The notes: generated by a model from the letters alone, not told the origin. A stretch of 64,000 nt of DNA from Akkermansiaceae bacterium (GCA_051251915.1 JBPOGF010000001.1:1-64000), one strand, 5' to 3'. Numbered from the stretch's first letter, positions 28,646 through 39,416 are shown. A program made the numbers and translations.

Positions 28646-30034
28646 ATGAGTAAAAAGAATAATTTTCATTTCGTAGGAGTATGCGGCACAGCCATGGGAT
28701 CAGTGGCGGCAGCAATGAAGGCAAAGGGTTACCAAGTGACAGGGTCTGACCAGAATGTGTATCCTCCGATGTCGACATTTTTGGAGAGTCAGGGGGTGGT
28801 GATTTCATCTGGATATAAGGCTGAGCATATACCAGCGGATACGGATGTTATTGTTATTGGAAATGCTATTTCACGAGGGAATGCTGAGGCTGAGGAAGCG
28901 CTTAATAGGAAATTGCTCTATTATTCACTACCGGAGGTTCTTAAGGATATTTTTCTGAGGGGGAAGAGGAACTTGGTGGTTTCAGGAACTCATGGGAAGA
29001 CGACTACTACGTCGATGTTGGCTTGGATTTTGGAGTCGGCAGGGAAGAATCCTAGTCATATGATTGGTGGGATTCCTAGTAATCTTGGTAAGGGGGCGCG
29101 GTTTACGGATAGTGAATTTACGGTGCTTGAGGGGGATGAGTATGATACGGCTTTCTTTGATAAGCGCTCAAAGTTTCTTCACTACCTTCCAGAGGTGGTG
29201 ATCATGAACAACATTGAGTTTGATCATGCGGATATTTATAACAACATTGATGAGATTAAGCTGACGTTTGAGAGGCTGTTGAAGATTGTGCCTCAGAATG
29301 GGATTGCGTTTATTAATGGAGATGATCCGAACTGTCGCGATGTGGCGGTGGGATCACCGGCACCGGTGAAACGTGTGGGACTGGGTGAGCTTAATGATGT
29401 GATCATTGAGGATATAGCTTATGAGGGTGATACGAGTAGTTTCACTTTAACTGGTGAGCGCTATACGGTCCCGATGTCTGGTGAGTTTAATGTAAGGAAT
29501 GCGGCGATGGCTGTGATGGCGGCGCTGTTCTCTGGGCTTACGGCGGATGAGATTCGCGAAGGTTTGTTAGGGTTTTCTGGTATAGCGAGAAGACAGGAGT
29601 TGAAAGGGGAAGCTGGTGGCGTGAAGGTGATTGATGATTTTGCTCATCACCCGACTGCGATTGATCTAGCGATTGATGCGCTGAGGCAGCGTTATCCTAG
29701 TGAGAATCTGTGGGTGTTGTTTGAGCCGAGGTCTAATACAACTAGGCGTAAAGTTTTCCAGGTGCCGCTTGCTGATGCACTTTCTAGAGCGGATAAGGCG
29801 ATAGTGGCTGGGGTGCCAGATCCTGAAAAAGTGGATGAGAATGATCGGTTAGATCCTCGTCAGTTGGTATCAGATATCAAGGCGCATGGCACTGATGCGT
29901 GGTTTATCGACCAGGTGGATGATATTGTTAAGCACGTGGCTGCTGAGGCTAAGGCTGGCGATGTGGTTGCTGTTTTGAGTAATGGTGGGTTTGGTGGGAT
30001 TCATGATAAGCTGTTAGATGCTTTAGCAAAATAG
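28646..30034 (+). CDS. mpl: UDP-MurNAc:L-Ala-gamma-D-Glu-meso-DAP ligase
   Basis: GVCGTAMG, GSDQNVYPPMS, GTHGKTTT, EGDEYDTAFFDKRSKF, DDFAHHPTA, EPRSNT, SNGGFGGIH. Confidence 0.95.
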   Translation: MSKKNNFHFVGVCGTAMGSVAAAMKAKGYQVTGSDQNVYPPMSTFLESQGVVISSGYKAEHIPADTDVIVIGNAISRGNAEAEEALNRKLLYYSLPEVLKDIFLRGKRNLVVSGTHGKTTTTSMLAWILESAGKNPSHMIGGIPSNLGKGARFTDSEFTVLEGDEYDTAFFDKRSKFLHYLPEVVIMNNIEFDHADIYNNIDEIKLTFERLLKIVPQNGIAFINGDDPNCRDVAVGSPAPVKRVGLGELNDVIIEDIAYEGDTSSFTLTGERYTVPMSGEFNVRNAAMAVMAALFSGLTADEIREGLLGFSGIARRQELKGEAGGVKVIDDFAHHPTAIDLAIDALRQRYPSENLWVLFEPRSNTTRRKVFQVPLADALSRADKAIVAGVPDPEKVDENDRLDPRQLVSDIKAHGTDAWFIDQVDDIVKHVAAEAKAGDVVAVLSNGGFGGIHDKLLDALAK

Positions 30035-30042
30035 AATAGCTG

Positions 30043-31347
30043 ATGTTACCTGAGTTAGTCACTGAGATTCCGGGGCCTAAGTCGTTAGAACTTGCGGGGG
30101 AGCTTCGTAAATACGAGAGTCATAATGTGACTTATACTGCGCCGGATTGGCCGGTTTTTTGGGAGAGGGCTAGTGGGACTAATGTTTGGGATACTGATGG
30201 GAATAGGTTTGTGGATCTGACCAGCGCGTTTGGCGTGGCTGGGTTGGGGCATACTTATGCTCCGCTGACGGAGGCTATGCGGAAGCAGTCGGAGAAGCTG
30301 ATCCATGCGATGGGGGATGTGCATCCTACGGCGCTAAAGGTGGAGGTTTGTAAGTTACTTTCAGAGATGACCTTTGAGCGTTGGGGGTTAGGGGTAGGGA
30401 AGTCTGTTTTGTCTAACTCTGGGTCTGAGGCTGTGGAGACTGCGTTGAAGACTGCTTTTATTGCTACGGGGAAACCTGGGGTGATTTGTTTTGAGGATGG
30501 GTATCACGGGCTTGGATATGGGGCGTTGTTAGGAAGTGGGTTTGAGAAATTTCGTCAACCTTTTGAGTCACAGCTTGCAGAGGTGAGGCTAGAGGTAAGT
30601 TTTCCGTCATCGGTGGATATGTTGGATTTAGTTAAGGGGGAGTTGGAGGCGATTGATACCAGTAAGTTTGGTGCTCTGTTAGTGGAGCCATTTCAGGGTA
30701 GGGGTGGTAAGGTTATACCGCCAAAAGGTTTTCTGGGAATGCTTAGGGAGTGGTGTGATGCGAATGGGGTGGTGTTGATATTTGATGAGATTTACACTGG
30801 GTTTAATCGCACAGGTAAGCTTTTTGCGTGTGAGTGGGAAGGAGTTTATCCAGACCTCATTTGTTTAGGGAAGGCGCTGAGTGGGGGGTATCCAATTTCT
30901 GCTTGTGTGGGGAGGTCTGAGGTGATGGACAAGTGGCCGGTGTCGCCGGGTGAGGCGTTACATACGAGCACGTTTTTAGGAAACCCGGTGGGCTGTGCAA
31001 TGGCGGTGGAAGCTCTCAATATCCATCAAGATGAGAAGCTGGCAGCTGATGTGCTAAAGCAAGGTGAAGAGCTGATGGTGATGTTGGGGGAAATTAAATC
31101 TCCAATGGTTCATGAGATTCGTGGGCGTGGATTGATGATTGGTATGGAGCTCAGAAATCCAGATGGTTCACCAGCGGGCTCTATTGCTGGGCAGATTCTC
31201 AGTAAAATGCTGGCAAAGGGGGTGATCATGTTAGCTGATGGCAAGCATGGGAATATTCTCGCTTTTACTCCACCATTTCATCTTAAACTTGGTGAAATGG
31301 TGTTTGTGGTCGAGTGTTTGAGAGAGTTGCTAGAAAAGGAGGGGTGA
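30043..31347 (+). CDS. Class III PLP-dependent aminotransferase
   Basis: NSGSEAVETALK, YHG, EPFQG, FDEIYTGFNRTG, LGKALSGG. Confidence 0.92.
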   Translation: MLPELVTEIPGPKSLELAGELRKYESHNVTYTAPDWPVFWERASGTNVWDTDGNRFVDLTSAFGVAGLGHTYAPLTEAMRKQSEKLIHAMGDVHPTALKVEVCKLLSEMTFERWGLGVGKSVLSNSGSEAVETALKTAFIATGKPGVICFEDGYHGLGYGALLGSGFEKFRQPFESQLAEVRLEVSFPSSVDMLDLVKGELEAIDTSKFGALLVEPFQGRGGKVIPPKGFLGMLREWCDANGVVLIFDEIYTGFNRTGKLFACEWEGVYPDLICLGKALSGGYPISACVGRSEVMDKWPVSPGEALHTSTFLGNPVGCAMAVEALNIHQDEKLAADVLKQGEELMVMLGEIKSPMVHEIRGRGLMIGMELRNPDGSPAGSIAGQILSKMLAKGVIMLADGKHGNILAFTPPFHLKLGEMVFVVECLRELLEKEG

Positions 31348-31364
31348 TGCTTTAAACTATTTCG

Positions 31365-32081
31365 TTAAAGATCACGAATTGGAGCGTTATAATAGGTAAC
31401 AGAAGTTGAGCCAGCAGGGGAATAGATAAGAATGAGAGATCTTCTCCTTGCGCTGTGTCTCCACATTTGGCGGATGAATGTTAGACGCTTTTTGGTATTG
31501 GGATCGACCCTGTCTATTTGAACGTTGTATTCTTCATTTGGTTGCGCGGCATTTTTGATAACAGCAGTGGATTTCGCTTTCAGAGTCAGCTTTTTGCTAC
31601 CAACTTTTCCAAAGACTCTATTGTTGGTGAAATTGATAAACATGCGGTCTCCTGGACCTAATTTGGCAGGGTTGGCATTGACCACTTCAAAGCGGATGGG
31701 CATCACTGGGTTCTGTGGGTCATTGAAGGCTAGAATGAGGATTTTCTTCCATCCTTTTGGGACTCGAATAGACGGGGCGTTTTGAGGGAATTCTGTATCT
31801 TCAGCGAGAATCGATGGGACAAATCTCAAGACGACCTCGCCGGGGGCTAATTCGATAGATGATGAGAAATTGTTCCTTGGTAATGTGACCTCCAAGGGGG
31901 GGGCTTCTGCGTGGTAGATTACAGCAGTTTTAGGGGCTTCTTTAGGAGCTTTAAAATAGAGTATCTGAGCGGTTCTCTTTGTTGTCTTCTTTGCTGTATT
32001 CTGGGCGAAAACGGTTGAAGTCAATACAACCGTGAACAGTGATGTTATCAGAGTGATTCTTAGGTAGTTGATGTATTTCAT
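31365..32081 (-). CDS. Secreted hypothetical protein, partner of the PilX-like gene
   Basis: Signal peptide; beta-rich; starts 7 bp after the stop of the upstream gene. Confidence 0.75.
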   Translation of the reverse strand: MKYINYLRITLITSLFTVVLTSTVFAQNTAKKTTKRTAQILYFKAPKEAPKTAVIYHAEAPPLEVTLPRNNFSSSIELAPGEVVLRFVPSILAEDTEFPQNAPSIRVPKGWKKILILAFNDPQNPVMPIRFEVVNANPAKLGPGDRMFINFTNNRVFGKVGSKKLTLKAKSTAVIKNAAQPNEEYNVQIDRVDPNTKKRLTFIRQMWRHSARRRSLILIYSPAGSTSVTYYNAPIRDL

Positions 32082-32088
32082 AGATTGA

Positions 32089-35000
32089 TTAAATTTCGTC
32101 TTCGGAGAGCCAGCGGAAGGATACGACTACGAATTTCCTGCCGTATTCCTTGTTTAGATCAGACTGTAGGTCCGCAAATTCTGTAGATTCGTCCAGCGGG
32201 TCAACGTAATCTGCTTTTCTCTGGACTACTGCTTCACACCAACTTTTGGCGGTAACTTTTCCGCTAAGGTCTTTTACTTCCCCATATGCACGGATGACGA
32301 AGGTGTCATCACGAGCGGTCAAGATAGGGGCGATAGGTCTGAGTATGTCTGCTTGCCTTGGCCAACCGGGAGTGCCGTAAGCTGCGTAACCTTCTGCGGC
32401 CTTCGGATACTCGTAGATAGATGCCGCATCAGAAGGGAGTGTTGCCTGCTGTGGAAATGCTGCTTGGATTTCTGCGAACGGATTATCTGTAGGGAGTTCA
32501 GCTAGTTTCATGAGGGCGGTTTCAATGGCTCCCGCCATTGCTAGGTTGTCATCAGTGCTTAGCTGTCTGTTGACAAACTCGGATAGTGATAGGAAGGGGC
32601 CGCGCGCTTTGACTTGTTTGACTATTTCGGTAGCAAGAGCCTTGATTTGTGAGTCAGTCATTGTGCTGTAGGTGGCCAATCTAGCCTTTTCGCTATCTGA
32701 TGAAGATAGAGGGTCTCCTGCGACGGTTGTTCTGCTAATAACGGTTTCAGATGAGGTTTGTAGCTTGGTGCTCCAATCGTCAGCACTAGCGGCACCTACG
32801 GATGAGTAGGGGACTTGCACTTCTCTCTGGTTCATGAGAAGAGCGGTCCAAGCATCGACGGATGTGGAATTGATATTGAACATGCCTTCGACTTCGATTT
32901 CAGAAGCAATATCATGCCATATTTCCGTGTTCGAGAGGGTGTCGGTAGCAGCTGTGGTTGCCTGAGTATCAGATACTGGTTTGGCGGGTAGGTAGCGCTG
33001 GTTTCTGAGAGGAGTTTTTCTGGAAAGGTGATCCGCGTAGACCTCTTCGATGGTGCGGTTTTCAATTTGGGTGAATGCTTCAACGTCGGGAGTGATGGAG
33101 GAGATGAACCAGTCATCGAAGAACACGTGGTTACTGACGTAGCTGTGATCATAGCTAAAGGTGTTGCTACTGTCGTTGATTTTATTTCGGGCGATGTGTG
33201 GGCTTGCGTGGCTATTTCCTATGGCATTGGAGACTCTGGGAGCGTGTTGGTTTCTGAAGCGAACATCAAAATGTTGAAGTTCACCTAGGGATAATAGGGG
33301 TTGGGTAGGAAGTTCTGCTATTGTCCAACGGTTTAGGCCTAGGCCTGATTGGAATGATGAGCCTACGTAGCCGCTGTGATCGTTCCCGAACGCAGCGGAG
33401 TCGTCGGACTGGGGAATGAAGGGGTCTTCCCATGAGTTAGGGGCGAAGATTTCCCATGTATAGGGACTCTCTTCAGCACTGACTCCTGCGGCGATATTGG
33501 TGCCAGTAATAATTGGGTTTGTATTGATATAGCCTTTTGTATGAATTTTTGAGAGTTGTTCTGATGTATCCTCATTCAAGATGGTTCTCAGTCCTACCGA
33601 TACGACTAAAAATGGGCTGTCTTCTTCTTGAGCGCTTTTTAGGGTCTGGTTGTCATTGACTAGGCTAGGCAAAGGAAGTTTTTCCTCAATGGTATCTGCT
33701 GGAGTGTTCATCCTATATCTTACCGACTTACTATTGAGATCAGCTCCGTCTGGAGTGTTCTGAGTCCTGGACCAAAAATACTGCAGATCGGCGAATACAT
33801 TCCCGTTATTTATTTTGTGTTCCCAGTCATAGGTAAACTTGTCGGTTGCAACACCGTCAGAGACACTAGCACCGGTCGATAGAGCTCTAACAAAGCTACC
33901 ATCAATGCGTAAGCCTGGGTCTAAATAGATAACCTGAATGCCGCTTTCGCCTTCGCCCTCCCTACCATAGAGACGGGATTCTCCGGGTTTAAACGTATTG
34001 TCATCACCCTGATTGGGGCTGACAACCATCCGCATCATGGGGGATTTTCCACTGGTCTCGATTAAATCCTGGATGTTTACTAGGGCTCTTGGCTGGTCGC
34101 CTACATTGACGTAGAGATTGAAAGGGAAAGTGGAGTTGTAGACGTGTAACAGGTTTGCAGGGGCAGATTCTATCGCTACGTTGTATGGATTCCACATGGT
34201 TACCGCAGGTTTGAATAGGAAGCGTGGAGTATAAACGTCATTTTTCACTGTGGCATCATATCCAAAGGCGAAGTGAGCTCTGGCCATGACGGGTTGGATA
34301 CTGATCCAGTCGCTGTCATTAGTAGCGACGGAATTGAAGTAGGGTTCTCCAGAAGTTGAATTTTTCTGAACTTTTTTGTAGAGAGATACAAAATCCATCA
34401 GTGCATGCCAACTCATGGCAACGTTATCTACGGAGACCCAAGGATAAATAGAAGCGTCTGAAGCGTTATTAGATAGTCTTAAGGAGGATTCCATTTCTTC
34501 CGCATAAGGTTCAGCTGAGAAAACGGGGAGACCGGTGGTTGGTAGGGTTCCTTCGTTCCATTTTTCCGCCATGAGTGAGAGATCGCGACGCCATCCACCG
34601 GTGGCTGTATTGGTGAGTAAGCCACGCGAGTATGAAGTAATGGCATGATGATATTTTTGGGATGCTGTTTCAGCGGCGTTGGTATTACTAGCGAGATCGA
34701 GGGTTCTTAACGAGACGGCTTTTCCGAGTTCATCTGGATTATCAAAATCAAAAGAGGAAGCATCGGCCAAGCCATTGGAGGCTAATCTTTGGCTCCATTC
34801 TTCATCCCCCGTGGGATCTGAGTCTGGTTGTTTGATGAGGGCTTTAGAGTTTTGACCTTGGATCCACCAAGCGTATGCGCCGGTTTCATTAATATCTGTG
34901 GGTATGAGATGGACCTCACCTTCGGTTACTGTTCCTAAACTTCCTTCAGCTAGTAGAGGAACAGTGTTAGTGCCTTCCATGAGGTCGGGGGGGGATGTAG

Positions 35001-35433
35001 CGTCTGCATCAGCTCCATCTCCAGAGATAAGCCAACCAAGGAAACGTCCGTCTGAGCCTGAAGTATAATCTTGAGCTTTGGCAGCGTAATCTGGCTGAAC
35101 GGGGAGGCCGGTTGATTTGTTGTGATTGTTTCCCTCCCAGGAGCGCCAGACACCCGTCAGCTGTTGTGGGCCGTTACTGCTGGCAAGTGCATCAGCGGGG
35201 GCTGTGACTCTTGTGTCTGAGCCAGCCATTTTCTGTAGTTCACCGATGGCAATCATCAAAGCCATGCGAGCATTACTCTTCGCAAGGATGTTATCTTTCT
35301 TGGTATTAGAGGAACGTGTTTCCACGACAGACAGCGACATCGTGGCGATTGCGATGATCATCAAGAGCGCCATGATAGTGATCGTCGAAATAAGGGCGAA
35401 GCCTCGAGAATGGGTTTGTTGGGTATTTGTCAT
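32089..35433 (-). CDS. Large PilX-like type IV minor pilin (Verru_Chthon cassette protein A-like)
   Basis: Prepilin-like RG/FALISTITIMALL without Glu5; ARMALMIAIGELQK..G.DTRVTA; C-terminal GPFLSLSEFVNR, RDDTFVIRAYGE, CEAVVQR, GRKFVVVSFRWL. Confidence 0.8.
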   Translation of the reverse strand: MTNTQQTHSRGFALISTITIMALLMIIAIATMSLSVVETRSSNTKKDNILAKSNARMALMIAIGELQKMAGSDTRVTAPADALASSNGPQQLTGVWRSWEGNNHNKSTGLPVQPDYAAKAQDYTSGSDGRFLGWLISGDGADADATSPPDLMEGTNTVPLLAEGSLGTVTEGEVHLIPTDINETGAYAWWIQGQNSKALIKQPDSDPTGDEEWSQRLASNGLADASSFDFDNPDELGKAVSLRTLDLASNTNAAETASQKYHHAITSYSRGLLTNTATGGWRRDLSLMAEKWNEGTLPTTGLPVFSAEPYAEEMESSLRLSNNASDASIYPWVSVDNVAMSWHALMDFVSLYKKVQKNSTSGEPYFNSVATNDSDWISIQPVMARAHFAFGYDATVKNDVYTPRFLFKPAVTMWNPYNVAIESAPANLLHVYNSTFPFNLYVNVGDQPRALVNIQDLIETSGKSPMMRMVVSPNQGDDNTFKPGESRLYGREGEGESGIQVIYLDPGLRIDGSFVRALSTGASVSDGVATDKFTYDWEHKINNGNVFADLQYFWSRTQNTPDGADLNSKSVRYRMNTPADTIEEKLPLPSLVNDNQTLKSAQEEDSPFLVVSVGLRTILNEDTSEQLSKIHTKGYINTNPIITGTNIAAGVSAEESPYTWEIFAPNSWEDPFIPQSDDSAAFGNDHSGYVGSSFQSGLGLNRWTIAELPTQPLLSLGELQHFDVRFRNQHAPRVSNAIGNSHASPHIARNKINDSSNTFSYDHSYVSNHVFFDDWFISSITPDVEAFTQIENRTIEEVYADHLSRKTPLRNQRYLPAKPVSDTQATTAATDTLSNTEIWHDIASEIEVEGMFNINSTSVDAWTALLMNQREVQVPYSSVGAASADDWSTKLQTSSETVISRTTVAGDPLSSSDSEKARLATYSTMTDSQIKALATEIVKQVKARGPFLSLSEFVNRQLSTDDNLAMAGAIETALMKLAELPTDNPFAEIQAAFPQQATLPSDAASIYEYPKAAEGYAAYGTPGWPRQADILRPIAPILTARDDTFVIRAYGEVKDLSGKVTAKSWCEAVVQRKADYVDPLDESTEFADLQSDLNKEYGRKFVVVSFRWLSEDEI

Positions 35434-35550
35434 ACGGGTTTTGGGTGTGGATTACAATCACATAATGTAATTACATTGTCAATGTAGTTGTTGCCTAATT
35501 TCTAGCTTATCCGGTAGAAATTGGGCCCTAATGCGAGAGAAAGGTAGACT

Positions 35551-35595
35551 ATTATAGTGCTTTTCTCAGCTTTGTGTATCGTATGTTTGTGCGAT
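35551..35595 (-). promoter_or_regulatory. Promoter with 18-bp activator box and TATAAT
   Basis: Minus strand ATCGCACAAACATACGAT (35595-35578), 21 bp, TATAAT (35556-35551). Confidence 0.7.
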
Positions 35596-35636
35596 GCCTT
35601 AGAGGCCAGAATATCGAAGCCTTTTTGTGTTTCTAT

Positions 35637-36296
35637 TCAATCTCCAGCTTTAAGAACGCCGGTGCGATATGCTTTTCTAATGGCAGCTGGGGCATTTTTG
35701 ACATCAAATTTTTCGTAAATATGGCGGACATGTGTAGCGACAGTGAATGTGCTTATGTTGAGTTCGGTGGAGATTTCTTTTTTTACTTTGCCTTCACTAA
35801 GTAATGTGAGGACTTCAATCTCTCGAGCTGACAATAGACTTTCTTCTGGGATTCTAGGCATCTTTGACTGAATGGTCTCTATCATTAATTGAGCCACTAT
35901 GGGGTCAAGTGATGCACCACCGGTGATTACTGTTTTGATGCCCTCCCTGATCTGTGTTGTGCTAGCGGATTTCAATAGGTAGCCATTTGCTCCAGCTGAA
36001 ATGCAGGTTAGGATGTCTTTCTGACGGTCAGATTGGGTGAGGATGATGATTTTTATGTTCGGTTGGTACTGTTGGAATATGGGGAGGGCTTCTATACCTG
36101 ACATGCCGGGGAGGTTTAGGTCTAGCAGAATGAGATCGGGTGGGGAGTGGTTGTTCTGAAGTTCACGTAGGGCTACTTCTGCGGTGCCGAATTGGCTGCA
36201 AAGTTCCATTTCAGGTTGGTCTTCAAGAGCACTGGCGATGCCTAGGCGGTAGGCTCGATTATCTTCTACCAGCATGATTTTAGTTTTTGGGTTCAT
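35637..36296 (-). CDS. NarL/LuxR family response regulator
   Basis: LVED, LLDLNLPGMSG, GYLLK receiver; LSAREIEVL...TVATHVRHIYEK HTH. Confidence 0.95.
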   Translation of the reverse strand: MNPKTKIMLVEDNRAYRLGIASALEDQPEMELCSQFGTAEVALRELQNNHSPPDLILLDLNLPGMSGIEALPIFQQYQPNIKIIILTQSDRQKDILTCISAGANGYLLKSASTTQIREGIKTVITGGASLDPIVAQLMIETIQSKMPRIPEESLLSAREIEVLTLLSEGKVKKEISTELNISTFTVATHVRHIYEKFDVKNAPAAIRKAYRTGVLKAGD

Positions 36297-36346
36297 TAGA
36301 TTATTTTTTGAAGGGGCTGTTTTTTGCGTTTTTGGGCTGCGTTTTT

Positions 36347-38362
36347 TTAAAAGCTTAGTTTGAGGAATTTTTTAGGTCGGATCTGGAGTGTGATGCAGGT
36401 GCCACCATTCTGGGGTTTTTCTATAGTAACCTTGCCACCGAGTAGACGTGCGCGACGTTTGAGTGAGGCTGGAGGTTGGAGTTCTCCTACTCCGGTTCCA
36501 TTGTCGGTGACGGAGAGCTGGAGTTTTCCGGAGTGAGCTGAGAGGTGTATCTTGACACGGGTGGCGCCAGAGTGGCGGAGAATGTTAGTGAGGCATTCCT
36601 TGTAGAAGCGGAAAAACCCATTTCTTCTGCGCGGTGATAAGGAGCGTATGATTTCCTCATCTGTGATGGTAATGGTGTAATACATGTCAGCGAGCAGGCG
36701 GTCTGCTAGTCTCTTCATCTCACCAGATAGATCTGCATAAATATCTTTTGCTGCTAACAGGTTAGTGCAGTAGCTTGCTGTTTCTCCGGTCTCTTTGGTG
36801 AGGTCGCATACAGTATCGGTGTATTTCATGAGTTTGCTCCATTTTCCGTCATTGTTGTGCTCTTCTACCTCTTGCTTGGCCAGATTACCGAAGAGGCCGA
36901 TCGCGTAGAGGTTGGCTCCGAGTTCATCATGCAGGTTCGCAGCGATACGCTCGCGTGTTTCGAAGATGGCTCGCTGTCGGGCAACTTTCTGGATTAGTAC
37001 GAGAATGATACCTCCGGCCAGCAGGAAAGCGATCAACCATGCTGCTAGTTTGAGGTTCGTGCTTTGTTTCTCGTATTGAGTGGTCAATTGAGCGATGACC
37101 TGTGGGCGTTCGATTTCGAGATCATGGCGAAGTTGTAGTTGTTTCATCCATGTCCGAACGGGAAGAATTTCGCCATATAGGTTACTACCATCAGTCAGAG
37201 CCTTAAATGAGCGAGTGTCTGGGCGGTGGGTTCCCGTTCCGCTAATTGGTTTGGCAAGTGCTACATTTATACCCTCAGAAAGCACTTCGATTTCGGTGAA
37301 TCCTATCTGGAAAAACTGACTTTCCGGATTGGCATCGGTGAGTCGGACATAGCGGCAGCTAGTTTCGGGTAGTTGCCACATGATCAGTGGCCCGATGTTT
37401 TCGAGACTTTTAAACTGAAAATGGAGCAGTTCAGTGGCATCTGAAAAATCAGCAAGGTTGGCAGCTTCTATCTTTAGATGGACAGGAATGCCGAAGTTGC
37501 CAGGGTGCGCCTGTGGTACGGTGTCGCTCTGTTCCACTGCATGGAGATGGATTCCAGAAATGGCAATCGGCTCACCTAGGTCGACGGTGAGGTGGGGATT
37601 GCGGGCTTTTTGGCTGACGTAGGCGATACTTTTTTTCCCAAGGGATCCATCCATTAAATAGGGGACGTTGCCATCAGTCAGGAAGCGCGATCCCCAAGCG
37701 CTTTCCAAACGTTCATTCTGGTTGGATGAAGCCGTAACTGGTTGTCGCAATGCTACATTTTCCTCCCCGCTGAATACGAGAATCTCGGAGAGCTGTAAGA
37801 CATACCGTTTATCGAAAAATCTGGCGCCGAGTAGAGTTGCCTCGATCTTAATCCAAGACGCCTTGGTCCCTTCTTTAACCTGAACCACTAGCGGGGCTAC
37901 CCGAGGAAGTAGGTGCTCAGTGGAGGGGTAATCCGCTATGACAGTTCCTGCACTGTCATTATCAGTGCCAGCAATGATACGGAATGAGTGAGGGAATGCA
38001 TGTGCGGTAAAGCCAAGCTTGGAATCTCGGTACAGCAGCGGAACTAGTACTACTTCGTCGATAGAGCGTTCTATTCCAAGGTCGATCTTTATCCATTCGG
38101 TGTGATCTCCGGTGATGTGGCTCATTGAGCGGTATCCGATGGCTCCGATTCCACCGCGTAGGCTGGGTTGTGCTAGTTCTTTGAGCTGGTGGTCAATATT
38201 ACTTAATCGCTGTTCGATCCCAGGGATATCTGTAGATGTTAGTGTATCGTCCTTACCGTTGCATGCGTGCAGGAAAAGTCCTGCCAATAAGGCTGTCCCA
38301 ACTGTTAGTAAGATCTTTAACACGGCTATTCTCATATCACGAAAAGCATTGAAAGAGAACAT
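36347..38362 (-). CDS. Sensor histidine kinase (HisKA_3 type) with periplasmic discoidin/F5-8C-like domains
   Basis: RERIAANLHDELG H-box, ECLTNILRHSGA, DNGTG; extracellular WIKIDLG, NVALRQPV, LTDG and NVALAKP repeats; TM before the H-box. Confidence 0.9.
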   Translation of the reverse strand: MFSFNAFRDMRIAVLKILLTVGTALLAGLFLHACNGKDDTLTSTDIPGIEQRLSNIDHQLKELAQPSLRGGIGAIGYRSMSHITGDHTEWIKIDLGIERSIDEVVLVPLLYRDSKLGFTAHAFPHSFRIIAGTDNDSAGTVIADYPSTEHLLPRVAPLVVQVKEGTKASWIKIEATLLGARFFDKRYVLQLSEILVFSGEENVALRQPVTASSNQNERLESAWGSRFLTDGNVPYLMDGSLGKKSIAYVSQKARNPHLTVDLGEPIAISGIHLHAVEQSDTVPQAHPGNFGIPVHLKIEAANLADFSDATELLHFQFKSLENIGPLIMWQLPETSCRYVRLTDANPESQFFQIGFTEIEVLSEGINVALAKPISGTGTHRPDTRSFKALTDGSNLYGEILPVRTWMKQLQLRHDLEIERPQVIAQLTTQYEKQSTNLKLAAWLIAFLLAGGIILVLIQKVARQRAIFETRERIAANLHDELGANLYAIGLFGNLAKQEVEEHNNDGKWSKLMKYTDTVCDLTKETGETASYCTNLLAAKDIYADLSGEMKRLADRLLADMYYTITITDEEIIRSLSPRRRNGFFRFYKECLTNILRHSGATRVKIHLSAHSGKLQLSVTDNGTGVGELQPPASLKRRARLLGGKVTIEKPQNGGTCITLQIRPKKFLKLSF

Positions 38363-38430
38363 AAGAAGATGAAAATGTATTCAGGTTACTTTTTCATCAG
38401 GTTGACTCATGCTTACTAGAAATCCAGCTC

Positions 38431-38475
38431 ATCGCACAAACGTGCGATACTCAGAGTGAGTATCTGTGATACAGT
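38431..38475 (+). promoter_or_regulatory. Promoter with 18-bp palindromic activator box and extended -10
   Basis: ATCGCAC-AAAC-GTGCGAT (38431-38448), 21 bp, TACAGT (38470-38475) preceded by TGn. Confidence 0.7.
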
Positions 38476-38532
38476 TATAACAGAATTGACGACCATTATC
38501 ATTCTAATAACAAATACTCACAAATAAAAATA

Positions 38533-39342
38533 ATGAAAAAAACACTAACAATTTTAAGCGCTGGTCTAATGATGACAGGTGCGGCACAGGCGGTAACAAC
38601 TCTAATCGACTTCAATAACCTCAATAATGCTGATGTAAATACCTTGGATGTAGGAGGAGTAACTACGGATCTCACAGTTGTAAGATCTACAGTTACTGTC
38701 TCAGGAGCCGACCAGTATCATTTCGCAGTGAGTTATATGGGCGCAGACTTTGACGGTGATACTGTTAATGATACTCTTACCTTTAACTTTGTTGCTACTG
38801 GTATGAGTGGAAATACGGTGAGTTCGGGCTTTACAGTTGGTGGGAATCAGGAAAGCACAACAGGCTCAGTCGCACTAGACGGTGCTGCTGCTAGCCTTGG
38901 TACAACAGCCTCTACCTTTCATGTTGGAGCCACTAACATGAACGCTGGTGAAACTCTTATCTTCACTATTGACAGTCTTGTCGTATCTGGAACTACGGGT
39001 CCAGATGTATATGGCGCAACATTCACTGGTTTTGATAGAGTTCTTCTTGATCAGACATCGGGCACAGGGAATAGTCATCTTGGCATTGTTGGTTCTGGGA
39101 CAGATCTACTTTCGACTCAATTTGGCACGAATAAGACATACAATGTTGGTACTTATTCTCAGATTGGAGCGCAACCACTTTATATTTCTTCTGATGCAGC
39201 AATCAATGATTCTACTCGCCCATTTAACTGGGGAGTAGGACAACTTGATTTCGGCGTAACCGTGGATGTAGTACCAGAACCATCATCAACAGCTCTTCTT
39301 GGCTTAGGTTTTGTAGGATTGTTGATCCGTAGAAAGCGCTAG
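38533..39342 (+). CDS. PEP-CTERM sorting domain protein
   Basis: Signal peptide; VPEPSSTALLGLGFVGLLIRRKR. Confidence 0.93.
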   Translation: MKKTLTILSAGLMMTGAAQAVTTLIDFNNLNNADVNTLDVGGVTTDLTVVRSTVTVSGADQYHFAVSYMGADFDGDTVNDTLTFNFVATGMSGNTVSSGFTVGGNQESTTGSVALDGAAASLGTTASTFHVGATNMNAGETLIFTIDSLVVSGTTGPDVYGATFTGFDRVLLDQTSGTGNSHLGIVGSGTDLLSTQFGTNKTYNVGTYSQIGAQPLYISSDAAINDSTRPFNWGVGQLDFGVTVDVVPEPSSTALLGLGFVGLLIRRKR

Positions 39343-39383
39343 TTAAAGAGTTAGGGGGTAAATACTTTCTCAATCAAAAATTT

Positions 39384-39416
39384 AACGGGTGAATAGTGAG
39401 TCTATTCGCCCGTTTT
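39384..39416 (+). terminator. Terminator/stem-loop after the PEP-CTERM gene
   Basis: AACGGGTGAATAG-TGAGT-CTATTCGCCCGTT plus T-rich tail. Confidence 0.75.
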
